A program made the translations under genes and the position numbers. Positions 1-12,000 of a DNA stretch of 64,000 nt are shown here, piece after piece (the stretch's first letter is position 1; each line of letters opens with the position of its first letter). The stretch comes from Orbicella franksi (lineage: Eukaryota). The stretch spans positions 31,310,001-31,374,000 of the forward strand of contig OZ116701.1 of assembly GCA_964199315.1 (NCBI GenBank), given 5' to 3'. The notes beneath the pieces were generated by a model, which saw nothing but the letters and a program-made list of their open reading frames with translations, had not been told where the DNA came from and made no database searches.

Positions 1-186
1 TTAAAAACTTAGTCCTGAGAAATACCTCTTCTTTATAAATATGTTTAGTTCAGGTGTTAAGTATGTTTAGTTGTGTAGGCGCTTTTTTGCACCTGTTGAC
101 TTTGTAAGCTGGTGAGCTTACTGATGTTATTTAGCGTTTTTATTGTTTATACTTTTTTTCTGCCAGTTTAAGAGAACAAAAAAGAA

Positions 187-2036
187 ATGCCGTCATTGAA
201 AGTTTTGGTGTCAGCGCTGTTATGTATGTACGTGGTTATGGCAGGTAAGTGTGAAACTGAGTGCTATAAAGACAGTACAAGGACTCAGTGCAGAGAGAAA
301 GGTTCTATGATCCAGGAATGAAGGACAATATCGACTCACGACCAATTATTTTACCCATGAGCGAGATATACCAAAAAATCTTTATAGCCCCAATGGCTTA
401 TTTCTTTTTTTTTTCTTTATATAGTCTTTTCCATCTTTGTGTTTAAATAGTCTTTTCCATCTTTGTTGGGAAGACGTTTTTATCGGAGATCGCAACTAGT
501 TTCAAATCATAGATCAAACAACGATTTAATGTGAATTCCTCTTAAAAAGCACATCTTCACTAAAATATCGTCCAAAGTTAACTCAACTCGAGCGGCCCTC
601 CCTCATAACGATATACTTTTTCTCTGGTTAAAATTTGTTCTGACTTCTTGAGGGTCCAGAGTCTTAAGGGGTGGGTTAACAAATGTAAAGGACAGGGGTT
701 TAATTACTTTGCCATACAGATTATAGGCAAGATGCATTGGACCAGCACAATGGTCTTCGCCGTATTCACGAAGCTCCTCCCATGACACTCGACGATTCAA
801 TGAGTGACGCTGCAAAGGATTTCGCGCACAAATTGTTCAAGCAGGGGCATTTAAAGCATTCGGATAAGGACTCCCGTCCGGGGCAGGGTGAAAACCTGTT
901 CTATGGGTGTTCAACTGCAGCAGAAGGTATAACCGTCCAAGACGCAGTGAAAGCATGGTAAGTAAAATTCCCGGAGATGTACTCTACAAAGTTTTATACG
1001 GGGAGGCACCGCCTCAAGGTCCAACCCCTTTACCCTTTTATATACCATTTGTCATGCAGAAAAGGTATCCCCTTTGTATGCCTTTTAATGAAAAAAGGTA
1101 CGTCTTTCACATATCTGCTTAAGAAGATTGCATCTCTTTTCTAAACCCTTAAAATGAAGTTAAAGATGTAGAACTTAATAAATTAAATGTTACTACCGTA
1201 AGATGCATCTGTTCGAAATATTTTAACCAAAATCCCTTTTGAATACCTAAAAGACAGATTTCCCTGCTCTTTCGTACACCTCACATTGTAAAATCCTTAC
1301 CCTTTAATATGCCTAAAACCTGAAAAAGGTACACTTTTAAGCGGAGACCCCCCCGGAATAGGCCATTATGGGGAGAACCCCCCTCCGAGGTAAAATCTCC
1401 TTAGGCAGAAGGAAGCATGTTGTGCACTATCCGCCGGAATAGGGAGGTTTTGTTATTGGGGTGCTCATTACCACCACATACAGTGGAACCCTGTTAATCC
1501 GGTTACCAACGGGACACAAAATTCTGGCCGTATCAACTCGCGGTGGCTGTATTAAAGGAGTTCTTAAAATAAGAATATGACTGGCTGAACTTTCGTTCGC
1601 CGGGGTCGGAATAAAGTGGCCGTAACAACGAGATCACCGTATTAACAGGTTGCCCGCAAAGAGGGGCTCCACTGTACACTTCTTCAAAATTAGGGCGAGT
1701 CGATTTTTTTGCAGGTACGATGAAGTGTGCGACTTCAACTTTAGCGACCATTCGTCGCAGGGTGTCACTGGGCATTTTACTCAGGTAGTGTGGAAGGCCT
1801 CGACGGAACTCGGCATTGGTAAATACACAGGAAAAAAAGGACTTTGGACCTGCACATTCGTTGTTGCTCGTTACAAGCCAGCTGGGAACTACCCAACAAA
1901 GCTTGAAGACAATGTTTGTAAGGGATCTTTTAGTTCATCTCCGTATTGTGATACCGTAAGGGATAAGTCCCTGGGAGAGGAGGAATACCTGGATATCCCG
2001 GAAGGCTCGACGGGCGGTGGTTCCACCGGCCATTGA
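187..2036 (+). CDS. Secreted CAP/SCP (GAPR-1/PR-1-like) protein; exons 187-244, 720-957, 1715-2036
   Basis: All GT-AG with matching phases. Signal-like MPSLKVLVSALLCMYVVMA, then DYRQDALDQHN...GENL...WYDE...GHFTQVVW...VVARYKPAGN (CAP motifs). TGA at 2034-2036; AATAAA near 2236. Confidence 0.93.
968..1390. mobile_element. Degenerate non-autonomous MITE in CAP intron 2
   Basis: Begins cccggagatgtactc, ends gagaacccccctccgagg (degenerate inverted ends); internal repeated aaaaggta motifs; no ORF. Confidence 0.5.
1481..1674. mobile_element. Tc1/mariner-type MITE
   Basis: Imperfect TIR cagtggaaccc / gggctccactg, flanked by TA on both sides (1479-80, 1675-76). Confidence 0.75.
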
Positions 2037-2507
2037 CGCGACTTTTTGTCTCTTCTCGAAAGTCTCATTAATGGCAATCTTAATTTAATTGACGATGTAC
2101 TTCAATGACATACAATATACTAGCAACAAAATACTAATACCATGAGCTAAAGCCAATAACACACGCAGAGACTTGCCGCTATGCTGTATAACGAACACTC
2201 TTTGTCACTCAATATTCAAATGAAAGGAGAAGTTTAATAAAGGCACGCCGAAGTTGAACCTATGTTCTTTTCTCAACATGTTTGTGTACAAATAGTCAAC
2301 CGAGGATACTATTACATTCTTGTGGCCGGACAGTGGAGGAGATCTGCTTTAAACAATTGGACAGTTAATTCTGAAGTAGAGAAATAGGTTTTAAAGAAGG
2401 GTGCCTCCAAAAGAAAATTGGCATTTTGTTATGGAGTATTATCTCACAAAATCATTATATATTTAGATCCTTGTGGAACATTCTGAATCAAGAGAGATAT
2501 TTTATTA

Positions 2508-2828
2508 CCCCAGGGGGGTTTCCATATAAAGAGGGCGGGAGTGCTCGACTTACCTTACAGGGATAAAAAGCGGATATGGTACCTCTTGGGGTGTTCAGAC
2601 TCAAAAGGTCCCACAGCAAGTGCTTCCATGGTACTTTTAAGGGTATTGAGCCAGAAAAGGTCTGTGTCAGATAATGTGTTGCTTTAGAATTAGTACCTCT
2701 TAGGGGTTAAAGCAATTTCAAGCCACGCCCACAAAACAGGGTCTTGGTTCCTCTTAGGGGTTCTTTTCAGAATTTCCGACGAGTATCCCCGTCCTTTTCA
2801 TATGGGAGTGCTCCCCCCCCCCCCCCGG
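2508..2828. mobile_element. MITE with G/C-run ends (paralogous copy ~17978-18302)
   Basis: ccccaggggggtttccatat ... atatgggagtgctccccccccccccccgg; present in both duplication copies. Confidence 0.55.
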
Positions 2829-3590
2829 AGTATTATCCTCCCTTATCCAACACGTGTGGAAGCGGAGAAGACACTTCTCGGTAATCCTTTTTCGCTTAAT
2901 TGGAGAAATAACTCAGTGTTAATTATTGTCAAGTAAGTCTCTAATTGTTCGGAGGCGCTGATTTTCCTTTTGTTAAATGGTCGATGTCAGGTCTGGTTAC
3001 CAAGCCTGTCTTGTTGAAGCTGGCTCACGTTACGGTCTTTATTTCTTTTGCTAATGATTTGGTGTGTCAATAAGCCGAGGCAGCTTGTGCCTCTATTTCA
3101 AGAGAAGTCCTCGTGCAAACCGATTCACATGAAAAATGAGTTTGATTTGCATGAAAATAAACCTGTTGGCGGAAGACATTTTCATATAAATGGTTTCGCT
3201 CCAAGACTCGTTTTGACATAGAGGCAAAAGGCAACTCGGAAATAGAGTATTGTATATGATCTTGGCACAATGGAATTTACACTGTGTTAGAACGTTTAGC
3301 TCTCTCCATTAAGCTGCATGAAAATAGTTATACATAGGTGATGTCTACTTGTTAGGGCAATCTTACCAATGCACCAGAGCTAGAGGGAAAGTAAAACGTT
3401 TTTAGATTTGCCTCAGAATTTGTCATAATGGCACTTTGAAACACAATTGCTGAATAAAAACAGTAAAAACGATTCTAAACACAGCCAAGGCTCATAACGC
3501 ATCGTCTTTGGTTAAAAACGACCGCCATGACAATCACAGCTTATTGACATGACACTGAATGTCCCGGCACGATCTCTTTAGCTAGGTCTG

Positions 3591-6500
3591 TCACACGTAC
3601 AATCCGAACACGTCAGTGCATGTTTGCCCCTCGTTATCCCCCGCGAAGCAGTCATACAAATCTTCTGTGAACCATATTTGCAACTCCTGACCGACACTCA
3701 CGGCCAAAGGAACAGAAAAATTATGAAAGCCCAACTCTGGTGACTCCGAGGTAAATCCAGGAACCCCGTACAGGGTAGTAGCGTGGCACCCAGAACCTCC
3801 ACGAAACGAAGCCTTATCTGTTGGCAAAATCCTCTGCTGTAGGGAGTCAGTGATAAATACTGCCAGGTTGTTTGGGGACGCGAGGAATGAGCAGCCCCAT
3901 TTCGATCGATACTGCGGATCGCTTGCTGCGCAGTTTACATACCCAGAGAGGTAGACCAGTTTGAAGGTGATCACGTGACCAGTTTCTGGAATCGTAAAAT
4001 TCCCGTATGAACTGCCGTGGGAGCCAAAACAAACGGGTGATGTGTTCAGTTTTATCCAGTTCACTGAAAGAAAACATAAGCAAACTAAGACTGTTCCTTA
4101 AAGAACCTCTAGATGATAATGATTGCTTTGACCAAATATAATAAAACTTAGAAACACATAATTAGTTAAAGCTTTCATTTTTCACATTTTTGAAATACAG
4201 CTGAATGTGTAGATAAGTCACTTTTCAGAATGATGTAATGAAGTTACAACACTAATTTAAGCCCCCTGGAAAAAGGTTATCGCGTAAATTTAATAACCAC
4301 GCGAAATTTAGTACACCGTTGTAAGCTTCTTTAATCAAAGCGCTACGTTGCCTAGAGGGGAGAAAGTCAATTCTTACTCCAAGGATCCACTTGAAGAATT
4401 GGCAATGCCTTTCAGTTGTAAGCGCAAATAGAGGTTGTCATGTAATCTGTATAGCTCTGCTTTGTTACAAAGGAACATGTCAAACTTTTTTCAGTTTCGT
4501 TTTGTTATATTGTTTAGTTCAGAGTGATTTTGGAACTATTGCTATGGAAAATTAAAATCAGTTGGCCAATACTGAGGCTAACTGTTTGTTAATGAAGATC
4601 AGTATTTTGCCATTTTCGAGAAATTTAGTTTCTGGTAAGGTTTTTTTTTGGGGGGGGGGCGGGCCGGGGGGGGGGTTAAATCGAAAATGAAATTGAAATC
4701 CTGCGAAAGATGCCCGACTGTGACATTTTTGCGAAATTAAGTTCCCGCGAAAATAAGTAGCAATAAGGTAGTCGATCCCCATGCTCAAGACGTTAAATGA
4801 ATTATCTCACGAGATGATATTGCCTTATTCTCAAGATAATCCCTCTTTATTCACTTTTAGATCATTCCAGGCTGGAGAAATCCTTGTAGGGTCTAGAAAT
4901 AGGCGATCCTAAGACATGAGTTCTACTCGCGTGACTCGCGTGGACTGCCCAGCTTTTCACGCATCCTCACAAAATGTCCACGAGTAAACTAGACATCACA
5001 TCTAAAATATCTTGAAAACGATTAAGTTGGTAATAAGGTCCCTATATGAGGATCAACTCTCTTACCCTAGGCCTTATCCTCTCCTAAGATGGAACATAAT
5101 ACGTATAGAGCATATTGAATCTAAGAGGTTATACAGCTACCTATATCGCAATTCGATCCAGTGTAACCGGGTTCACAAGTACAATTGTACTGGTTCAACA
5201 GGTTATTACAGGTTCCGTGGACACACGGTTGACTGGCACATTCGTCAATATCTAAAAGTAAAAGAAAGAAGGTTTAAGCTGGCTCAACATTTGTGCTTTG
5301 ACCAATCGATACTGATTGATGTCATGATGGCAAACAACGATGATTTTCTTGACGTCGCAGGTTACCATAGCGATGGTATAACCTTTCAAAAACTCTTAAT
5401 GTTTGCCTGGGTTTTTAACTCACAAATGAGCCCTGTGATCACCATATCATGGTCAACTCCCTGACATATATCTTTCTTCAAAGTTTTTTTAAAAAAACTC
5501 TGAAATAGTGGTTTACAGGCAACTCAGAATACAAAATTGTTAAACAAAAACCTTTGAAACGGAGTTTAACCATTTGCTAATAAAATGAAATCCTAGCGTG
5601 GTGATTGACAATTTCACTCGCTTGACAAAATTATATCGCATTGTTCGTATTCATTCAGTTCTCCTGTGCTGAGTTGCTATGTCCTGGTTCAAGAGAGAAT
5701 GAAGAGTAAGAGAGGGTTAATCCACCATATAGGCCTTATTAACAAAGTAATCCCTCTTAAGCTAAATTTAGATCACTTCCGGCTTCAGACATCCCAGGAG
5801 AGTCTGGAAAAAGCCAATCATGTAACGAAACTTATGATCACGTGGACAAGATTTATATAAGGGAGCAATTTTGTTTCCCTTGATCCTCTAGCCTCTCTTG
5901 GCTGGACAGGTTATAATTAATTTTGTTTAAGCGTCACATTTCATCCTACTTGTCTTACACCGAAATCCAATATAGCCTGGTACACATGCGCACTGCATCC
6001 TTTTTCCCTTGACGTCACAAGCCTCGCTGCATGTTCCCCCATTGAGACAAGGCTGAGAGTGACAGCAGCCGTTGTAACATGTTGTTAGCTGGCTTCCCTT
6101 CTGTTGAATTAAATTAGAAAATGACGATCATTCTATGAGGCGAGCTAAAATGTCAACTTTCGGTCTCCAATTTCATTATGTAGCCAAGACTTGGTTTACT
6201 CACATTAACTTTTCTGTTTTCGAAAGGAAACGTTTTCCAACAAGAACTTTTAATTAGTAATAAGCAATACTATTGCATGGTCTGCCGGCTACTTCAGAAT
6301 AAGATCATACTTTCATAACCGTCTGTAATCTAACACAATATATTTTTCTTGTCGATTTTCTCTTGAAGTGTTAGTGCATAACTCTCGCAAATTTGGAGCC
6401 ACAGGATGTCCCCCCACACACCTAAGGATCCTCTCGAACTGTAAATGCATGCAACAAAGTAAACAAAAAATATATAAGTCATTCTGTAGTTTTTTTCCGT

Positions 6501-6923
6501 GTGCATCTGACGTTACTTTCCAAACACCTTCTAATAGGAGATTTTCGTTTTACTTACCACCACGTTGTAATCGATTACTAGATCATAGTATTGACCTCCT
6601 TCTCGAGGTTCCAAGGCACTGGGTTTCAGATATTTGTTCTCTTCGTTCAGCTCACAGTTGTCCTAGCTGCCGGTTGTTAAGTAGTTAAATGAGATGCACC
6701 GACAGTTGGCCTGGCATTTTCTAAAACACTCTACCGGCATTGAAACTGTTAATGTCTTAAAAACGTAGCCAGAGAGCCTGTGATTGTCAACCATGTTTCT
6801 TCCTGTTGTGAAGTAAAATCCACCGGGGAGATAGCGGTTTTCATGGCAAGATGACTGCGAGTACGACACATGGAAAAGGGCAAGGAGAGTTATTTTGTAC
6901 CAGTGCAAAAATGGCGGATCCAT
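3591..6923 (-). pseudogene. PAN/Apple-EGF-cbEGF-unnamed C-terminal domain gene, copy B1, with premature stop; exons 6923-6558, 6100-5950, 5251-5141, 4063-3591
   Basis: GT-AG junctions in phase (0,1,1). Signal-like [22 protein letters not shown]; PAN C-x3-C..C.S.NY; [16 protein letters not shown]; cb[20 protein letters not shown] at 6665-6663 where B2 has CAG. Confidence 0.85.
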
Positions 6924-7082
6924 GTCCTGATACGCTTGACTGTAGTGTGAAGTAAAAACTTCAATGAGTAAATTTCGAGTAAGAAATAGGTTGAATGTAA
7001 AAATATTAACGAAGTTCATATTAAAGCAAGGTATTACAAAATAAATAAATAAATTTGCAATATTTAGAGAGGAAGCCACATA

Positions 7083-7308
7083 GGCCTTAGTTAGTTTTCA
7101 CGCAGGTCCTCCATCCTGGTCGAATTAGAATTTGGAGAAGTTGGTTTGTGAGAACGGAGGAAAACCGGAGTACCTGGATAAAAACCTTCGGAGCAAAGAA
7201 AGAACCAGCAACAAACCCAACCCACACATGGCACCGGGCAAGAATCGAACCCGGACCACATTGGTGAGAGGCGAGCGCTCTTACCGCTGTGCCAACCTTG
7301 CTTCCCAA
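7083..7308 (-). mobile_element. tRNA-derived SINE (paralog ~28105-28325)
   Basis: Minus strand starts gggaagcaaggttggcacagcggtaagagcgctcgcc (A-box-like), then ccgggttcgattcttgccc (B box GTTCGA). Confidence 0.8.
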
Positions 7309-7617
7309 CTCAGTTGGTATTTCGCCGATGGTTTTGACCGAGTGAAAAATACAACTCGTGTAGGCTGTTGTTTTCTGCCTTGTTTTTCTCTTCAGTAGGA
7401 ATGAAGCGGAGTCGCAATTGGCTGCTTAGCCTGTAATGTCTTTACCGGAGCTGTCAAGACAAAGTCCACAGTTGTTGTCACGTGAAAAGTTTTTCTTTAT
7501 TTTTCTTATGAATGGGAATTGAAACCTTTTTTTTACAAAGGTTGTCTTTCAAGCACTCTAATCCGTATAAATATTCTCTAAACTCTTGGTCTTCGGCCAT
7601 CGTAGCTTGATTAAAAA

Positions 7618-8170
7618 TATAACACAAAGAGCGGTGATAAACATTTTAAAAAACATGCATTTTATGAACTTGATGTTTCGTATGCTAGTCAACATACATT
7701 TTCAAAAGTATAAGCGTTAAAATTTTTGGAAAAGTTATTTATACTGTGTAAATGTGGGTCTGGAACCAAGACAGAAAACATATCTGCAGTAGAAATGTTG
7801 ACGTTGACATTCAATGCTGGCTGACACTCCTGAATAAACAAGGTCTTCTTCACTTTACAACGGTAGTCATTTTTTCCGGATACCAAAATGTCAAAATGGT
7901 CCCATTGGATGTTGTGACCAGTTGTTTTAACGTGATCAGCAATAGCAGAAGCGTGATCACGTTTCGAAAGGCGGGGCCTTGAAATATTCCGTTTTCCGGT
8001 CGTGAAGTCTTCGTTTCGTTCTCCCAATGTAAAAGTCATTGCAGTCCCAGCAACTAGCTTTATAAATGACTTTGGCTAATTGTGGTCTGTTGACACGGAT
8101 CTTGTATGGGAGGAAGGATTTGACAGTTTCCGACAGCAAAAAAGACAGTTTATCACCGCTGTTTGCGTTA
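7618..8170 (-). mobile_element. Penelope-like retroelement 3' remnant (GIY-YIG endonuclease), frameshifted
   Basis: Overlapping frames give VIYKASCWDCNDFYIGRTKRRLHDRKTEY and SAIADHVKTTGHNIQWDHFDIL...TLFIQECQPALNVNV. Confidence 0.85.
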
Positions 8171-9021
8171 TATTTTTAATATTCTCTGAGTTTTTTAATT
8201 ATTAAAAGGGAAAACGAAGAAAGCGGCAAAAACAATTGAAAAAACCTATTGTTTCGCCATGACTTGCAGGTTTAAAAATTAAGAATTAAATATTAAACGC
8301 ATTTACTCAAATACAATCGTCCGAAATGTTGCTTGAAAAATTTAACTCTTTAAATTTAATTAAACCTCTACTTTCTACGTGTGTGTAAAAAGCGAAGAAG
8401 ATCGATTATCAGATAGTCAAGGCAATTTTTGTAGGAAATCATTTACCTAAAGTAATAATGATGACGAGCTGGCTTGTGAGAAATTTTTCACTTCCAACTC
8501 CCGCCATGAACCCCTGGAGGTAATTTGCTGGTTGAGACTTTTAACGTGCCAGGTATAAATTCAAAGATTGGAGAAATATCTATGGTGTGGCAAATAAAAC
8601 ATGGCAATGATAACTAATTTGAGCATTTCAGAGAATAGGTCTAATTTTTTCGAAGAAAGTCTGTCAGCGATAAATTGACAAACGTTATGACGTTTTGCAA
8701 ACAGTTTTATTGATTTTTAAAATTGTTTCTTTGACTCAGTCCTGAGGTAAGACTCAAGTTTGTTTTTATAGCCAGAGATTTTCGGGTACAAAAAAAATCG
8801 CAGTGAACATTAACTGAGTTCTGTGCTCGAAATAAGATGGGCAATGTCGAAAAAGTCCTGCTGGAAGCAGACCAATATATAGTTACTCCTCATGATCAAC
8901 CATTTATAAAGCACTTTGATTAGCTTGCCTCTCACGTCGAATAGAATTGACAGAGAATTGCGTCTTCTAAAAATTCGCAGGAATCCAGACTTTCCTCCTT
9001 AATCCCGCTTTCGTGACCTTG

Positions 9022-9076
9022 GGATCGCAAGACTAAGAAAGTTGCTGAAAACTACTCCAGATTATTACATGTGTTC
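9022..9076 (+). repeat. 55-bp perfect direct repeat, partner 15014-15068
   Basis: ggatcgcaagactaagaaagttgctgaaaactactccagattattacatgtgttc is identical at both junctions of the 6 kb insertion; single copy in the paralog. Confidence 0.95.
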
Positions 9077-12000
9077 AGGAGCCATGATCGGGGACGGAGA
9101 CCGTAAGCGCGCGCCATTTCTAGTATTGGGGCTGTCCCCATGATATGGCACAAAATTCTATTTTTAGAACAGGATGTTTAATAATGTCTTACAAGTTTTC
9201 TTCTTGGCGGTGGCCCGGTTCGAGTAGTCTCACTGTAATGGTTTATACTTGGGGCAGCACCAGCTTGCCTTATAAAACGTGACAAGTCTCATTTTTACTG
9301 CAAAAATATGATAGCAAAAGAATAACCAGAAGTGACAGCTTAAAAGGTTGGTCTTTTTATCGAGAGCTACACTCAGCAAGTCAGGTACATTGGTACTCAA
9401 ACTCAGTAAGTGTAAGGGCTACAGAAAAATTAACCAAAAAAATATATCTGTTAAATTATTGTTATTTTGTTGCTAGGGCTAAATTTGCATGCATTTGCAT
9501 GAATTCAATGATCGACCCATCAAGCGACTGTATGTCTTTAACAGCACAAAAATATAATTATTTAGTTCTCAGGTATGATTCAAGCTTTATAAGTTACATG
9601 AACACCATTTTAAATATGCAATAAATAAAGGATCAAGAAAATTGTTTAATACACTACAAGTTGGATCATACGTGCAAATAACATGGCCACCTGAAATATC
9701 AGTTTCTGTAATCTTAAGAGCTGATCTATATTTAGTGAATAACAGTTATAGTTTGGCAATGAAGACTATTGCAAGTGGTTTCAAACATCTGTATGATGTA
9801 ATTAAAAGCTCTAAGTACTTGTAGGGCATATTTCTCGCTGATACATACATTTTTTAAGGAGTACTCAAATAATTGAAAGGTGGACTTATATTATCATAAG
9901 GAGAGCTGGAGGGGGGCCTCCAAATCAGATATCCGTTATGTTTTTACTGCCCCCTAATAGTTGAAAGGCAGACTCTTAAATGATTTTTTCAAATGCTGTT
10001 TGGTAATCAATTTTCACCACATTAAGGAACCATGAGAATAATTTAGAAATGTGCTGAATGACTTTACAAGACTATTAATAATAATTATTATATTTACAGT
10101 GTGACATTTTCTTGTTCCTATGTAAAATGGTGACTGATGACTAATGGCAAAGTACAGCCAGCTTAAAAACGAGACAGCATTTCATTAAAAAGTTGAAATT
10201 CCAGGCTGAAAAGAGTTTTTATGATAATAATTATTATCTACAACTTAAACTTCTGCCACACAACAGTTTTTAGCTGACTAAGCTATACTAAATGTACTTT
10301 TTTCTTCTAAAATGACAAGGCACATTTTGACATGTACTACATTTATCCGTTGTGCTCCACCCAAGTAATTTGGGCTATGATACTGTAGTGAGGTGCTGTA
10401 AACCTTCTGGGATGTCTTGGCTAGCCACAATATCAACTCATTTTCTTTGGACGGGAGGGAATGGGAGAGAATACACCCATACTGTAAATGCCTGTGGCTA
10501 TCGAAAATCGCACATGCCCCATTTTCCCAAACTAAAACTACTACAGTCCTCCCACCAGATACAAAGATACCAACTGATTTCCTTTTAATGTTTGCCCGTT
10601 CCTTGACATTTGAAATGACATCCTGGAAGTTATTACCATTAATAAAAAAATCTTTGGAATCCTCATAGGAAAGGAGATGTAGATCATCTCCAACAGAGCT
10701 AAATGCATCTTCTACATCAAGCCCACCAACTCCTGCAGCAGAAAAGCACTCATCAAAGATTTTATTGCCCTCAGCAATACTTGATACCACATGGCCAAAC
10801 CAACCCTCTTCAAGAACTTTCTTTGGTTCACCAATCAACCCAGAGGAGAATTTGAAACCCATTACAAGGGCTATTAGGGTGCATGCAGAGCTACCTTGCC
10901 TACCCTGAAAAGTGCTTTGAGAAATTTGGTATGGAAAGATAAATTCTTTGACACCCTGATAACCATAAGGAACAAAATGTGCCATGATTTCAATGTAAGG
11001 CTGTTGATGATCAGTGCTCAATGTGGACACACTTGTGGGGCCAGATATATGGACCTCTTGGTCCCGGTAACCCTTCTGATTGTGGCTTGTGGCTCTAGCA
11101 GTGAGCTTCAGCTCCTGTCTCAACTGAATCCTTCCAAGAGATGACCCATAATTCCCTGCACTTAGAGAACCATGGGCATGGAACTTGAGTGTGCCAAAAA
11201 GGGATTCAAGGCGACTAATCGAGAGCCGCAATGGAGACAGTGTGTATCCAGGAAAATTCTCAAAAAAGTATGATGAGAACTGTTTAAATCCAAAGACCAT
11301 GACTCTTTGAAGGTCAAATGTCTAGAAGGAAAGAAATTAAAAAGGCAAGCTAAATAAGAAATACCATTAAGGGCTTACTAAACAACTGATCCCAGCTCAC
11401 ATTTACATATATATTGTTAAATAATAATTATAATGATAATACTTCTATTGTACAACTTTTATTGATACATGATAAATGTTTTGCAGCAAAGCTGATGTGG
11501 TTGTGTCTTTTACAATTGACTGCTTTTTTAATCATCTTTAACCAGAAACATCCTGTAAGAAGGCATTACATATTACTCATAGTCCCAGCAGCTACATACA
11601 ATAATTAAATATAATATATACTATTCCCCCATTAAAAGGAACACTTGTCTTCCCTCCAAGGACCAGGAGCGATGTAATGTGATCTTTAAAATGTACATTC
11701 AAGAACAAGTAAACAAGAAATGTTAATAAATAAATTAATCTTTATTCTGCAATACCTGCCATGCTAAAAACTTTGCTGCACGTGCTCGTTTGGAGTTGTC
11801 CACATATTCTGCAAAGAATTAAAAGGAGACATAGTCCATAGTCCATAGTCCAGTTTGCCACCCCAAAAAGTTAGGGATGAGGGATCAGAAAGAGGGGTGT
11901 ACTGTAAATATCATTAATTACAGTATTTTGGTGTTGTGTTTATTATGACCTGGTTTACTGGTTAACTAGCATACAGTTATTGATATTCCCATGAAAGTGT

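Noticed and set aside
5012-5464. 150-aa plus-strand ORF (and 25586-25885)
   Set aside because: An antisense shadow of the cbEGF exon, not conserved in frame between the paralogs.
7083-7308. tRNA genes here and at 15527, 28105 and 59325
   Set aside because: A/B boxes are present, but the heads run into non-tRNA SINE bodies without a complete cloverleaf.
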